Assembly (NCBI GenBank): GCA_027452005.1
Contig: DAIDHF010000012.1
Coordinates: 735 to 64,734 of the forward strand
From: Acidimicrobiales bacterium
GTDB taxonomy: Bacteria > Actinomycetota > Acidimicrobiia > Acidimicrobiales > JAKAVM01
DNA length: 64,000 bases
Reading direction: 5' to 3'
Positions within the stretch are counted from its first letter, which is position 1; each line of letters begins with the position of its first letter. The notes under the pieces are model-generated. The model ran no database searches, had not been told where the DNA came from, and was given only the letters and a program-made list of their open reading frames with translations. A program made the position numbers and the translations under genes. Positions 56,301 through 64,000 of the stretch are shown here, piece after piece.

Positions 56301-59261
56301 AGTGGTTGACTCTGTCGCGCCAGCAATCGTGTAGTCCGAGGCCGTTCCAGGAAATACCGTTCCAGAAGGTGCCGACACCGTAATCGTGCTGGTACCAGGA
56401 GTCATCGAGGTTGTAACGGTGAAGTGGAACGTATAGACCGATGTTGAGCCAGCCGTACCAGGTGCAGCCGCACTTGGAGCAGTAATAGCCTGTGATGCAA
56501 CTGCGCTATTGCCAAGGCTTGTATAGCTACTATAAGCCTGAGAGGTAATAGCTCCACCAGCACCACCACTGTCAGCAAGGGTTGTCAACCCTACATAGTA
56601 GGTCCCTGCTGCAAGTGTGCTAAAGCCTGCCACTCCAATTGTCAGCGGGGTACTGGCTCCAACTGCGACTGGTGAGTCAATGGTAATTGTATATGGAGCC
56701 GCAGAAGTACCTGAGCCACTGCAAGAACCCGCAACGGTCGTTGGAACGATTCCATTGACAACGTAATCAGTTGCCGTTGTCGGGAACGGACAACTTGAAG
56801 CTGTTGTGCTTAGCGTTATGTTTGCAGATGTTGAAACGGCCAAAGCACCGGAACCCGATGTTTGCGACGCTACTGTAAGATCAGAAACAGAGGTCGTAAC
56901 CGGGGTAACTGTTAGTACCGGTTGGTTCGGGGTGCTTGTAGTTGTGCCAATTGTAAATGGTGCAGAGGTCACCGAAGTCGTATCCGCAGACGTTGACACC
57001 GTAGCGGTGAATGTACCTGCTGACGGATTCAAGAAGGCATTAGCTCCAGTCAAAGTTGTCGTGCACGATGTGCCGGAAGCAACACCAATTGCTATTGATA
57101 GCGACCCAGCGGCCGACCCAGCGGCATCAGCGACTACAACCGAGGTGCCCGTAACTGTAATGTTCTCCGGTGTTACTCCGATGCAAGCGTCTGCTGCTCC
57201 GGAGTCAGCTGAAGGTACCGTTACTGTCGAGGGCAGATTTACGGTTATAGATCCTGCTGCGGCAATAGCCAGATTTGTGTTGAAGGCAACGGTGTAATAA
57301 GTAGCACCGCCAGCGGTAGTTGAATTTGGCGTTACCGTAGGACTTTGTACTCCAACAGTTGGCTGAGCAACAAAGTTAAGGGGTGTTGCAGTTGTTGCGG
57401 TTCCCGTATCGGCTGAGGTATTGACTTCAACCGGATAGTTGCCAGTAGTTGTTGGGTTTGTTTGAGCTGCTACCACGATGGTAACTGTCTGTCCTGCTGA
57501 AACCCCTAGACCACCATTCAAAGCTGCTGGAACTGTGATCTTGATTCCTGCGAATCCGGTCGCACAAGTCGAAGCTGACGCTGGAGTTCCGGCATCAATG
57601 GCCGCTCCGCCTGTCCCTGAGGCAATTGAAACGGAATTGGCGGCTCCGGTGTGGATTGGTCCTGACGGGAATGCAGTACTTGAGACACAGATTGATATGG
57701 TCCCTGCCCCGGCAGCTAGTCCCGTCGTGGCGGTGAACTGAATGGTGTAGTTAGCAGTTTCTGTGTAGCTCGGTGCGCTTCCAGAAATGTAGTTATTGGA
57801 CACGGTGGCCGTCAGGTTTGACACGGCAGTAGTTACTGAAACCGTTGCCGGCTGAGGTGCTGTATCTGAAGAGGTAGATACGTATCCAATTGCAGTACCT
57901 AGAGTTGTTGGATCAGTTATTCCGCTGATCGACAGTGTAACTGACGTACTTACAGCTACCGCCACAGGGGCAGTGATCGTTGCGGTGGTTCCAGAGACGT
58001 TCACCGTACTTGCCGCAACGCTCTGCATTACATAGGAGGAAGCAGTGGTAGGTAGAGTTGTCCCGGTGGGTGCAGTGAATGTAACTGTACTTGTTCCACT
58101 GGTAAGTGCCCCGGTAGCACTGGTTGTAAAGGCAACATTCCATTGCTGACCCGAAAGTCCTGCTCCAACTGGAGTAGACCCTCCGTTAATTGACACCGAG
58201 CTAACAATGGTTCCTATAGAAAAGGTTGGCGAAGTTGCCGGAGCTGCATCCGATGAGGTCTGAACCGTGAGCGTGTAGTTGCCCGCTGTGTTTGTGTTGG
58301 TTACATCGTCTATGAGAACTGTTACCGAGCTACTTGCCTTAATGGAGGCAATAGTTGGAACAGTTATCTTTGCGACTTCACCTGAAACCGATACTGATTT
58401 GGCGGAGATGCCATTTACAAAGTATGAGCCGGCGGTTCCCGCTCCAGCGGTTGGAAGCACGAATTGACTTCCACCACCAGTGATCGTTGGGAGCGTTACG
58501 GTTATGGTTCCACTACCACCAACAAGGGATCCGGATGCTGAGGTCGTAAAGGAGAGCGACAGATTCGAAGCTTGGCTTGCACCTGCGTTAGTTAAGGTTG
58601 GTGCTGCTAAACCTGAAATGCTAGATCCTATCGAGAATGACGAGCTGGTCACTGACGACGCATCTGCTGAGGTCGATATGCCAAAGGTGTAGCTACCACT
58701 CGCCGGGTTGGTAACTCCGTTGATTACAACTGCAGCGTTAGTTGAGTTACCAATAGTCGAGGGTGTCGTGATAGTGGCCGTCGTACCGTTATTTGATGTC
58801 GATACGCTGGTTGCCGCTACCGCTCCGGCACCGCCAGATACCGTGCACCCTGTGAAGGTGGCGCCAACGTTGACTGTGTAGTCGGACGCCAGGGTTGGCA
58901 GGGATGTTCCCGTCGGTAACGAGATCGTGATTGTACCTGTTCCCGCCGTCAAGGCACCCGTTGATGAGGTTGTAAATCCTACGGTGTATATAACTCCGGT
59001 TCCTCCTGACGCCGACGAACTGGCGCAGGGACCGACTAGGCCCGTCACACTGGTAGCGGCGCTTGCTGCGCTCACTCCTAATAGGGGCAATAAGCCCGTC
59101 ACGGTCAGGGCCGCTGTGAAAGCCGCCGCGATCGCCCTTCTTAAAGTCAGCCACCTATAAGTGGTCTTGGCTTCCTGGGTGGTCACATTCACTACTGGAT
59201 CTCCTTTGTATTCGGTTATGGCCCGTATAGAGCCTGGCTCCGGAACCTTGTATTTCAACAC
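53367..59261 (-). CDS. 1,964-aa cell-surface protein: signal/anchor, about nine 125-150-aa T/S/A-rich modules, four IPT/TIG domains, and a six-repeat GYW..DGG.F.FGDA module
   Basis: Hydrophobic segment AAAFTAALTVTGLLPLLGVSAASAA. Modules share YT..FT...G.GTITI..P.GT..P....DYTV...ATIT.P....S..V...I.GVTNP...G.Y....TSAD...VTS..F.I. IPT/TIG units look like VTSISPNTGLTAGGTSVTVTGTGFT...FTY (four copies). C-terminal repeats look like DGKGYWMVASDGGIFAFGDAGFYGS. The true start codon is uncertain. Confidence 0.85.
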   Translation of the reverse strand: MLKYKVPEPGSIRAITEYKGDPVVNVTTQEAKTTYRWLTLRRAIAAAFTAALTVTGLLPLLGVSAASAATSVTGLVGPCASSSASGGTGVIYTVGFTTSSTGALTAGTGTITISLPTGTSLPTLASDYTVNVGATFTGCTVSGGAGAVAATSVSTSNNGTTATITTPSTIGNSTNAAVVINGVTNPASGSYTFGISTSADASSVTSSSFSIGSSISGLAAPTLTNAGASQASNLSLSFTTSASGSLVGGSGTITVTLPTITGGGSQFVLPTAGAGTAGSYFVNGISAKSVSVSGEVAKITVPTIASIKASSSVTVLIDDVTNTNTAGNYTLTVQTSSDAAPATSPTFSIGTIVSSVSINGGSTPVGAGLSGQQWNVAFTTSATGALTSGTSTVTFTAPTGTTLPTTASSYVMQSVAASTVNVSGTTATITAPVAVAVSTSVTLSISGITDPTTLGTAIGYVSTSSDTAPQPATVSVTTAVSNLTATVSNNYISGSAPSYTETANYTIQFTATTGLAAGAGTISICVSSTAFPSGPIHTGAANSVSIASGTGGAAIDAGTPASASTCATGFAGIKITVPAALNGGLGVSAGQTVTIVVAAQTNPTTTGNYPVEVNTSADTGTATTATPLNFVAQPTVGVQSPTVTPNSTTAGGATYYTVAFNTNLAIAAAGSITVNLPSTVTVPSADSGAADACIGVTPENITVTGTSVVVADAAGSAAGSLSIAIGVASGTSCTTTLTGANAFLNPSAGTFTATVSTSADTTSVTSAPFTIGTTTSTPNQPVLTVTPVTTSVSDLTVASQTSGSGALAVSTSANITLSTTASSCPFPTTATDYVVNGIVPTTVAGSCSGSGTSAAPYTITIDSPVAVGASTPLTIGVAGFSTLAAGTYYVGLTTLADSGGAGGAITSQAYSSYTSLGNSAVASQAITAPSAAAPGTAGSTSVYTFHFTVTTSMTPGTSTITVSAPSGTVFPGTASDYTIAGATESTTPTVVNSGSTVVILVPGTVSAALVAASSVVTVGIAGVTNPTTASTADALALYTSTDPIPVATGTYTIATGVTKISGPYPDVPTTSGTGETYTVGFTATTAIPNTTGTITIAAATGTNFADATATDYTVDGFAASGLSGSGTATVTVTLNTSAAAAVQAGQAVLVTLPGVTNPSTASTSDTFTVATSADGAAVTSSSYTISSGITTPTVALSTNVAQSTANYTTTFSVSSTGALAANTGTISVAFPSSTVLPTSAANYVVNGVSASSVTVASTTATITTAVAVPASGSVSLAINGVTNTITGSYTLVENTSADTTPTTSAGFSIVAPPAPSVTSISPNTGLTAGGTSVTVTGTGFTNSATVSFGAISASSVVVVSSTQITVPSPAQAAGVVNVEVSTIGGTSPAVSADQFTYTAPVPTVTAISPNTGSTNGGTAVTITGTGLTAATAVDFGTVAATGVTVKSDTSIVATSPAGSAGAVDVTVTTAGGTSAKSSADQFTYAVIPAPTVTAVSPNSGTTAGGQTVTVTGTNLTGATAVDFGATAGTSVTVNSAGTSLTVVDPKGTAGAVDVTVVTPGGTSAKSSADTFTYSSCAIPTVTGISPTSGPGAGGTVVTVTGTGFEVAGSPATCVATGVDFGSTAGTSMTVSSATSITVTSPAGTGSVNVTVMNAAGTSATSSSDMFTYAAPAAAGGFFTLSAYGKVYAYGSAMTGLGDASNLNLNAPTIAMAVTPDGKGYWLLGADGGIFSYGDASFEGSAGQINPSRPAGGSNSFTPVKEIVGIVSTADGKGYWMVGQDGGVFAFGDATFVGSSGQINPNLPAGGSNAFTPNRPIVGIVPTADGKGYWMVASDGGIFAFGDAGFYGSSGQINPGMPAGGANSFTPAAPIVGMIPSIDDKGYLMVGSDGGVYSFGDAPFFGSPAGSLSSSNSVTGIALTPDGKGYWVAGLDGSIYSFGDGSPTPALETTPGPTSSSAIEAIAAS

Positions 59262-59508
59262 GCGCGCGTGACGCGAGTCCCGTCTAAACTACGTGTTTGT
59301 AAGTCTTGTGTCAAACATCCTCCCTGGATTTTTGGATTTACTGCCTGACCAGGGTTTTTCTACTGGCAAAGTCTGTAAATATCCTGGCAGGGTCGTTGTA
59401 ACTTGTTTGTCATGTCTCTAATTTTGTCCAGGATATTTGTATTTGGAACCCGGCTATTTCCTAGTAACCTTATAGTAGAGGCTCAAATACGTAGAGAGGT
59501 AGTTTGTA

Positions 59509-59712
59509 ATGATTGGTGCTCTAGAAGGTACGGACCTGTGGATCGTACTCGGAATTGTGTTGCTCTTGTTCGGGGGAACCCAGCTTCCTAAGCTGGCCAG
59601 GTCCATTGGATCTGCCTCCTCTGAGTTCAAGAAGGGAATCGAGGAAGGTTCAAAAGGGGGAGTCGATTCAGAAACATCGTCCGACGATACTACAGGCACT
59701 ACCAAGACTTAA
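59509..59712 (+). CDS. tatA: Twin-arginine translocase subunit TatA/E
   Basis: WIVLGIVLLLFGGTQLPKLARSIGSASSEFKKG is the canonical TatA TM plus amphipathic helix. An AGAGG Shine-Dalgarno lies upstream. Confidence 0.9.
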   Translation: MIGALEGTDLWIVLGIVLLLFGGTQLPKLARSIGSASSEFKKGIEEGSKGGVDSETSSDDTTGTTKT

Positions 59713-60165
59713 AACTTCAATATTTCCTAGGAAATCCTTAGTGTTTTGAATTAGATGATCGTGTAATGATGCTTATTGTCTTGTGCCTTAGGATTGACGA
59801 GGAAGTCAAGTCATTGGGACTTGGACCACTACTAGGTGGGTCATATTTTCAACTCTATGACCTAATGTAATTTGGGAGCTTTTCATAAGAGTTAGGACGA
59901 GGTAGTCGTTCATAGCCAGGGATCTTGCCCTGAAATACCCAATTCGTGGTCGAAGTCAATTGGACGGTACATGCTCGTCCTAGACGACTTTTTCGAAATC
60001 TCACAAAGTTCCGGGCCAGACTAGATAATTGGAACCCCAAGATACTTAGAATAGTGCCAATAAATGGTAGAATAGTGCTCTTGTGATCCTTTTTAGGCAC
60101 TGATTCGGCCTGGCTATTTGTCTACTCGCAAATATTCTAGATAATAATTTCAACCAGGTAGTTCT

Positions 60166-60171
60166 TAGAAT
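60166..60171 (+). promoter_or_regulatory. Possible -10 hexamer (TAGAAT) placed for a leaderless ctaC transcript
   Basis: TAGAAT ends 5 nt before the GTG start at 60177, and there is no Shine-Dalgarno in between. Two further TAGAATAGTGC copies lie at 60047-60057 and 60068-60078. Confidence 0.3.
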
Positions 60172-60176
60172 ATAAA

Positions 60177-60923
60177 GTGGCCTTCGTGAAATCATTACCT
60201 AAGAAGGCCTTGGGGCTAGGAGTCTTGGCCCTAATATTTTCTAGTTGCAAGCTCCCGACCTTTGGACAGTCTTCTGGGGCAACCTCCCAGGCCCAACACG
60301 AGAACCATCTCTTTCAGGCCTTCGTGGTGGCCGGAATAATTGTGGGGGTCTTGGTATTTATCCTGCTCATCTGGCCGGTCATCTTCCACCGGAGAAAGTC
60401 TGACGAGATTCCTCGCCAGTTCTTCGAGCACATCCCCCTAGAACTCGTGTACACGATAATCCCGTTCATAATTGTGATTGGTCTCTTTATAGCTACCGTG
60501 CTGACTGAAAACAAGGTGGATGCAGTCACTCCAAATCCTGATGCCAGGGTAACCGTGCTTGCATACCAGTGGGGCTGGAGGTTTGAGTATCCGAGTGGAC
60601 CCACCGTCTACTCCCACGACGTTGTTTTGGGTCAACACGATACTTACCCGACAATGGTCCTCCCACTAGGTGAAACCACCCAGATAACCCTGAAATCCCT
60701 TGACGTGGTTCACGGTTTCTATGTTCGAGACTTCAATTTTTCTCGGTACGCTCAACCAGGTGTCACTAACGTGTTCGACCTGACCACGACCCGGGCTGGC
60801 TATTTTATTGGTCAGTGTACCCAGTTTTGTGGTCTCAACCACGACTTGATGCTCTTTAGGGTTCACGTGGTCCCCCCGAGTCAGTTCCAGCAATGGATCC
60901 AAACTAAAGGAGCCTCTCTATGA
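60177..60923 (+). CDS. ctaC: Cytochrome c oxidase subunit II (lipoprotein-type signal)
   Basis: Lipobox FSSC, two TM helices, and the CuA site VVHGFYV...[12 protein letters not shown]. Confidence 0.92.
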   Translation: MAFVKSLPKKALGLGVLALIFSSCKLPTFGQSSGATSQAQHENHLFQAFVVAGIIVGVLVFILLIWPVIFHRRKSDEIPRQFFEHIPLELVYTIIPFIIVIGLFIATVLTENKVDAVTPNPDARVTVLAYQWGWRFEYPSGPTVYSHDVVLGQHDTYPTMVLPLGETTQITLKSLDVVHGFYVRDFNFSRYAQPGVTNVFDLTTTRAGYFIGQCTQFCGLNHDLMLFRVHVVPPSQFQQWIQTKGASL

Positions 60924-62602
60924 CAGTCACGTTAGATCCTCCGGTAATCACCGAGCATGGTCACGGTGACGACCACAAGGAGTCCTACGGGCTTCTCAAG
61001 TGGTTTACCTCAACCGACCACAAGGTAATTGGAAAGAGCTACACGATCACCTCGGTCGTGCTTTTCTTGCTGGCCGGTATAATGGCCCTTCTCATCCGGG
61101 CCCAGTTGTCTCATCCGGGTAACACGTTTTTGTCTCAACAACAGTTCAACGAGATGTTTACCATGCACGGGTCACTCATGCTCTACCTGTTTGCTGGGCC
61201 CTTTGCCTTTGGGGGACTTGCCAACATAATCGTTCCACTCCAAATTGGTGCCCCCGACATGGCCTTCCCCAGACTAAACGCCCTGTCTTACTGGCTCTAT
61301 CTGGGGGGATCAATAACAATGCTCTCGGGATTCTTCGTGGCCGGTGGGGCAGCAGATTTTGGCTGGGTAGCCTATGCTCCCCTGTCTAGCGCCGTGAACT
61401 CCCCCGGGGCAGGGCCGGACCTGTGGATATTGTCCTTAGTCCTGACCGGGTTCTCGGCCATCTTCACCGGAGTTAACCTGGTAACGACCATCTTCTGCCT
61501 GAGGGCACCTGGCATGACCATGTTCAGGATGCCCGTGTTTACCTGGAACATGCTAGTAACTGGTATCTTGATCTTGATCGCCTTCCCGGTCCTGTTCTCG
61601 GCTATGGTCATGCTCTATGCCGACCGGCACCTGGGAACTCACGTCTACACGGTCGCCGGTGGTGGGTCTCCGGTTCTGTGGCAAAACCTGTTCTGGTTCT
61701 TTGGGCACCCCGAGGTCTATATACTCGCCCTCCCATATTTTGGGATAGTGACCGAGATTCTTCCAGTCTTCTCCAAAAAGCCCATCTTCGGATATAAGGG
61801 GATGGTGTTCGCGACCATTTCTATCGCGGCCCTGTCCACAAGTGTGTGGGCCCACCACATGTTTACAACCGGCACCGTCTTGCTCCCGTTCTTCTCGGGG
61901 ATGTCCTATTTGATCGCCGTGCCAACCGGGATCAAGTTCTTCAACTGGATTGGGACCATGTGGAGAGGTCAGATCAAGTTCGATACCCCCATGCTATTTT
62001 GTATGGGATTTTTGATTACCTTCCTTATGGGAGGAATTACCGGGATAATTTTGGCCTCGCCCCCACTAGACTTTGCCCTACACGACACGTATTTTGTGGT
62101 CGCCCACTTCCACCAGGTCCTGTTTGGGTCGGCAGTGTTTGCTGGGTTTGCAGGGCTTTACTACTGGTATCCCAAGATTACCGGCCGGATGATGCACGAG
62201 AAGTGGGGCCACATCCAGTTCTGGTTGACCTTTATTGGTGTCAGCCTGACCTTTATCCCCCAGTACATCTTGGGTCTGAATGGAATGCCCAGGCGCATTG
62301 CAGATTACGCGGCCAACACGGGCTGGGGAACCCTCAACGCGATTTCGTCCATTGGGGCTGCGGTACTGGGTCTGTCGATGCTGGTAATGGTCTACAACTT
62401 CTTGATCTCCTGGCTCAAGCCCATCCCGGCCGGGGATAACCCCTGGGATGCCCACACGCTGGAGTGGGCCACCACCTCGCCACCGCCCCACCACAACTAC
62501 GTGTCAATTCCGCCAATTCGTTCGGAGCGTCCGACCTGGGATCTAAACCATCCCGAGTTCCCCAAGGTGGAAAAGACGGACAAGGAGTTAGTGAATGTCT
62601 GA
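60920..62602 (+). CDS. ctaD: Cytochrome c oxidase subunit I
   Basis: 560 aa. [15 protein letters not shown], and [10 protein letters not shown] heme/CuB ligand motifs. Confidence 0.96.
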   Translation: MTVTLDPPVITEHGHGDDHKESYGLLKWFTSTDHKVIGKSYTITSVVLFLLAGIMALLIRAQLSHPGNTFLSQQQFNEMFTMHGSLMLYLFAGPFAFGGLANIIVPLQIGAPDMAFPRLNALSYWLYLGGSITMLSGFFVAGGAADFGWVAYAPLSSAVNSPGAGPDLWILSLVLTGFSAIFTGVNLVTTIFCLRAPGMTMFRMPVFTWNMLVTGILILIAFPVLFSAMVMLYADRHLGTHVYTVAGGGSPVLWQNLFWFFGHPEVYILALPYFGIVTEILPVFSKKPIFGYKGMVFATISIAALSTSVWAHHMFTTGTVLLPFFSGMSYLIAVPTGIKFFNWIGTMWRGQIKFDTPMLFCMGFLITFLMGGITGIILASPPLDFALHDTYFVVAHFHQVLFGSAVFAGFAGLYYWYPKITGRMMHEKWGHIQFWLTFIGVSLTFIPQYILGLNGMPRRIADYAANTGWGTLNAISSIGAAVLGLSMLVMVYNFLISWLKPIPAGDNPWDAHTLEWATTSPPPHHNYVSIPPIRSERPTWDLNHPEFPKVEKTDKELVNV

Positions 62603-63014
62603 GAAACCCACCCGGGCGTACTTTATGAAAGATGAGGCCTACGTGTTTGCCGTGGTCGGGATCTTCTTTTCAATAATCTGCGTGGCCTACTGGTTCTGGT
62701 CTAAAGAGCAGTCTGGTACGGTCATGCTATTTTTGGCTGGCTGTCTGGGACTTCTCCCCGGGGGCTACCTGTTGTTCTGGTCCCTGAAAGCCAAACCCCG
62801 TCTGGAAGACCAGGACGCCAATATTGAAGAGGGTGCGGGCGTGGTTGACGTGTTCCCGGGTTCGTCAATCTGGCCGGTCGTGACAGGGCTAGGGGCCTCA
62901 TTCCTATGTGTCGGGCTAATCTTTGGGCTATGGGTCACCCTGGTGGGAGGATTCTTGGTGGCAAGTGCCTTTATTGGTTTTATAGCCGAGTCGCGACGCG
63001 GCGGGGTTCACTAG
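62595..63014 (+). CDS. ctaF: Cytochrome c oxidase subunit IV (actinobacterial CtaF)
   Basis: 139-aa four-TM protein immediately after ctaD and overlapping it. Matches the typical actinobacterial ctaD-ctaF arrangement. Confidence 0.8.
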   Translation: MSEKPTRAYFMKDEAYVFAVVGIFFSIICVAYWFWSKEQSGTVMLFLAGCLGLLPGGYLLFWSLKAKPRLEDQDANIEEGAGVVDVFPGSSIWPVVTGLGASFLCVGLIFGLWVTLVGGFLVASAFIGFIAESRRGGVH

Positions 63015-63231
63015 CGCTCCACTAAACCGAAGTTCCTCCCTGTAACTGCGTCCTCGTGGCTCCACAAAGCTTCTAGCTGGTAGTTGCGTCCAAGGGGAAG
63101 ATATGTGTAGGGATGTACGTGGCGAGAATTCCGAATTGGGCCTCCCCCCCCTGCGATTTTGCTACGAGAGTCCTACCGTGGGGAAGGTCATGGGCTTCAA
63201 TAGCCCAGTGGGACCCTAGCTCCCCGTTACC

Positions 63232-63492
63232 TCAACCGTAGAGTTCGCTGTGGGTGCCAAGTAAGGCAAAAATAGTTACCTGGTCTCCCCGTATAATAAG
63301 CAATGCCCTGAGATCGCCGTTGATGTTGATACTCCAATACCCGCGGAACTTCCCGATTAAAGGGTGAAGACGAAGCTTTGGATCCGTCCGATCTTCAAAA
63401 AACAGTCGAATTCGCTTATCCACCTGCACCTGAAGGTTGCTTGGCAGTTTCCTATACTGCCTCTTGAAAGAGGGCAGATACTGGATTTGCAC
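63232..63492 (-). CDS. RelE/ParE-superfamily type II toxin
   Basis: 86 aa. FKRQYRKLPSNLQVQVDKRIRLF...LRLHPLIGKFRGYWSININGDLRALLIIRGDQVTIFALLGTHSELY fits the RelE/YafQ-type pattern. Confidence 0.8.
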   Translation of the reverse strand: MQIQYLPSFKRQYRKLPSNLQVQVDKRIRLFFEDRTDPKLRLHPLIGKFRGYWSININGDLRALLIIRGDQVTIFALLGTHSELYG

Positions 63493-63502
63493 GGTCGCCC
63501 GT

Positions 63503-63772
63503 CTAGCGCTTCAGGTCGTCCAAGAACTCTTCCGGGTCCTCAAAGATGGGACTTGCTAAACCCTGGGCAAGCTCACTCTCGACATGGCTAATTAATCCTT
63601 CAAGACCTGGTGTTATTCTCTCGGGTGCGTAAAGTTCAATGCGCCGAGTGGCCACTACCTGTATCAAATACGAGTTGACCATAGCCGACAGGGTGAGCCC
63701 GGCACTTTTCGCAACTTCCTGTGCCGCCTGTTTTATCTCTTGATCAACCTTCACACTGATTACGGTGTTCAT
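63503..63772 (-). CDS. RelB/DinJ-family (ribbon-helix-helix) antitoxin
   Basis: Taking the internal Met (ATG at 63772): MNTVISVKVDQEIKQAAQEVAKSAGLTLSAMVNSYLIQVV. It ends 10 nt upstream of the toxin gene. Confidence 0.8.
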   Translation of the reverse strand: MNTVISVKVDQEIKQAAQEVAKSAGLTLSAMVNSYLIQVVATRRIELYAPERITPGLEGLISHVESELAQGLASPIFEDPEEFLDDLKR

Positions 63773-64000
63773 ACCACAAAGTATATACTTTGTAGATACT
63801 TCAAGGCCAAAAGTCCCACGACCAGAGTCCTGGGAGGTGTTCAACGCTGTAGAATTCATCACGACAAGTCGCGTGCACTTTCACGCAAGTCCGCCCAGGT
63901 GGTCGTGGTTCCGTACATGTAACACGCTCCAAGTACTTCTTCCAGCGGACTTGGTGTAAGTCCCAAAGGGATCTGAGAGGATCTTGCCAGCTAGTTCCTG

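Noticed and set aside
54268-58692. Plus-strand ORFs antisense to the 1,964-aa gene (e.g. 54268-54546, 56806-57297, 57478-57741).
   Set aside because: The T/S/A/G-rich repeat coding on the minus strand leaves the antisense frames free of stops. The antisense translations are V/P/A/T low-complexity mirrors without starts or Shine-Dalgarno sites or any recognisable domains.
59855-60100. An 81-aa minus ORF in the tatA-ctaC gap.
   Set aside because: It lies in an AT-rich region, has no Shine-Dalgarno or family resemblance, and overlaps the candidate ctaC promoter boxes. I treat it as non-coding until shown otherwise.
63882-64000. A possible 3' end of a minus-strand gene entering from the right edge (..QELAGKILSDPFGTYTKSAGRSTWSVLHVRNHDHLGGLA-stop).
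   Set aside because: Only about 39 codons are visible, with no recognisable motif, so I cannot separate it from chance.

Overview
This 64-kb window is a chromosomal segment from an actinobacterium. The markers for that are an MshA-type mycothiol glycosyltransferase, CtaF (oxidase subunit IV), Rex, an F420/PPOX-type enzyme and an SRAP protein. Most genes between about 14.6 and 59.3 kb lie on the minus strand.

The core content is respiratory and housekeeping:
- A complete 14-gene NADH dehydrogenase I operon, nuoA to nuoN (18780-34090, minus).
- A rex-hemA-hemC-cobA/hemD-hemB-hemL-typA operon (36419-44442, minus).
- pntAA-pntAB-pntB transhydrogenase, ctaC-ctaD-ctaF cytochrome oxidase, acs, proC, tatA and tRNA-Tyr.
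- A small arsR/aquaporin/arsC arsenic cluster and a RelE/DinJ-type toxin-antitoxin pair.

Several accessory features sit among this core:
1. A more than 1,686-aa repeat protein on the minus strand at 1-5060. It is not in the supplied ORF track because it runs off the left edge.
2. A 1,964-aa surface protein (53367-59261) built from about nine unrecognised modules, four IPT/TIG domains and a six-repeat 'GYW..DGGvFaFGDA' module.
3. A third secreted protein (8915-10708) carrying the same six-repeat module fused to an HNH-nuclease-like domain.
4. A roughly 1.1-kb low-GC islet (35320-36418) with a Dcd/dUTPase-fold dCTP-deaminase-like gene and a tightly linked 96-aa ORF.
5. An RsiG-like protein with two ExxxSxxRxxxHxxxD motifs, translationally coupled to an XRE regulator and mshA.
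6. A 33-34-bp tandem repeat that begins inside the last codons of mshA.
7. A membrane-anchored coiled-coil protein with perfect 3 x 21-bp repeats.

I saw no rRNA, CRISPR array, transposase or integrase. All calls rest on hand translation and motif recognition. No database search was run, so family names are recollection-based and boundaries, especially start codons, are approximate.
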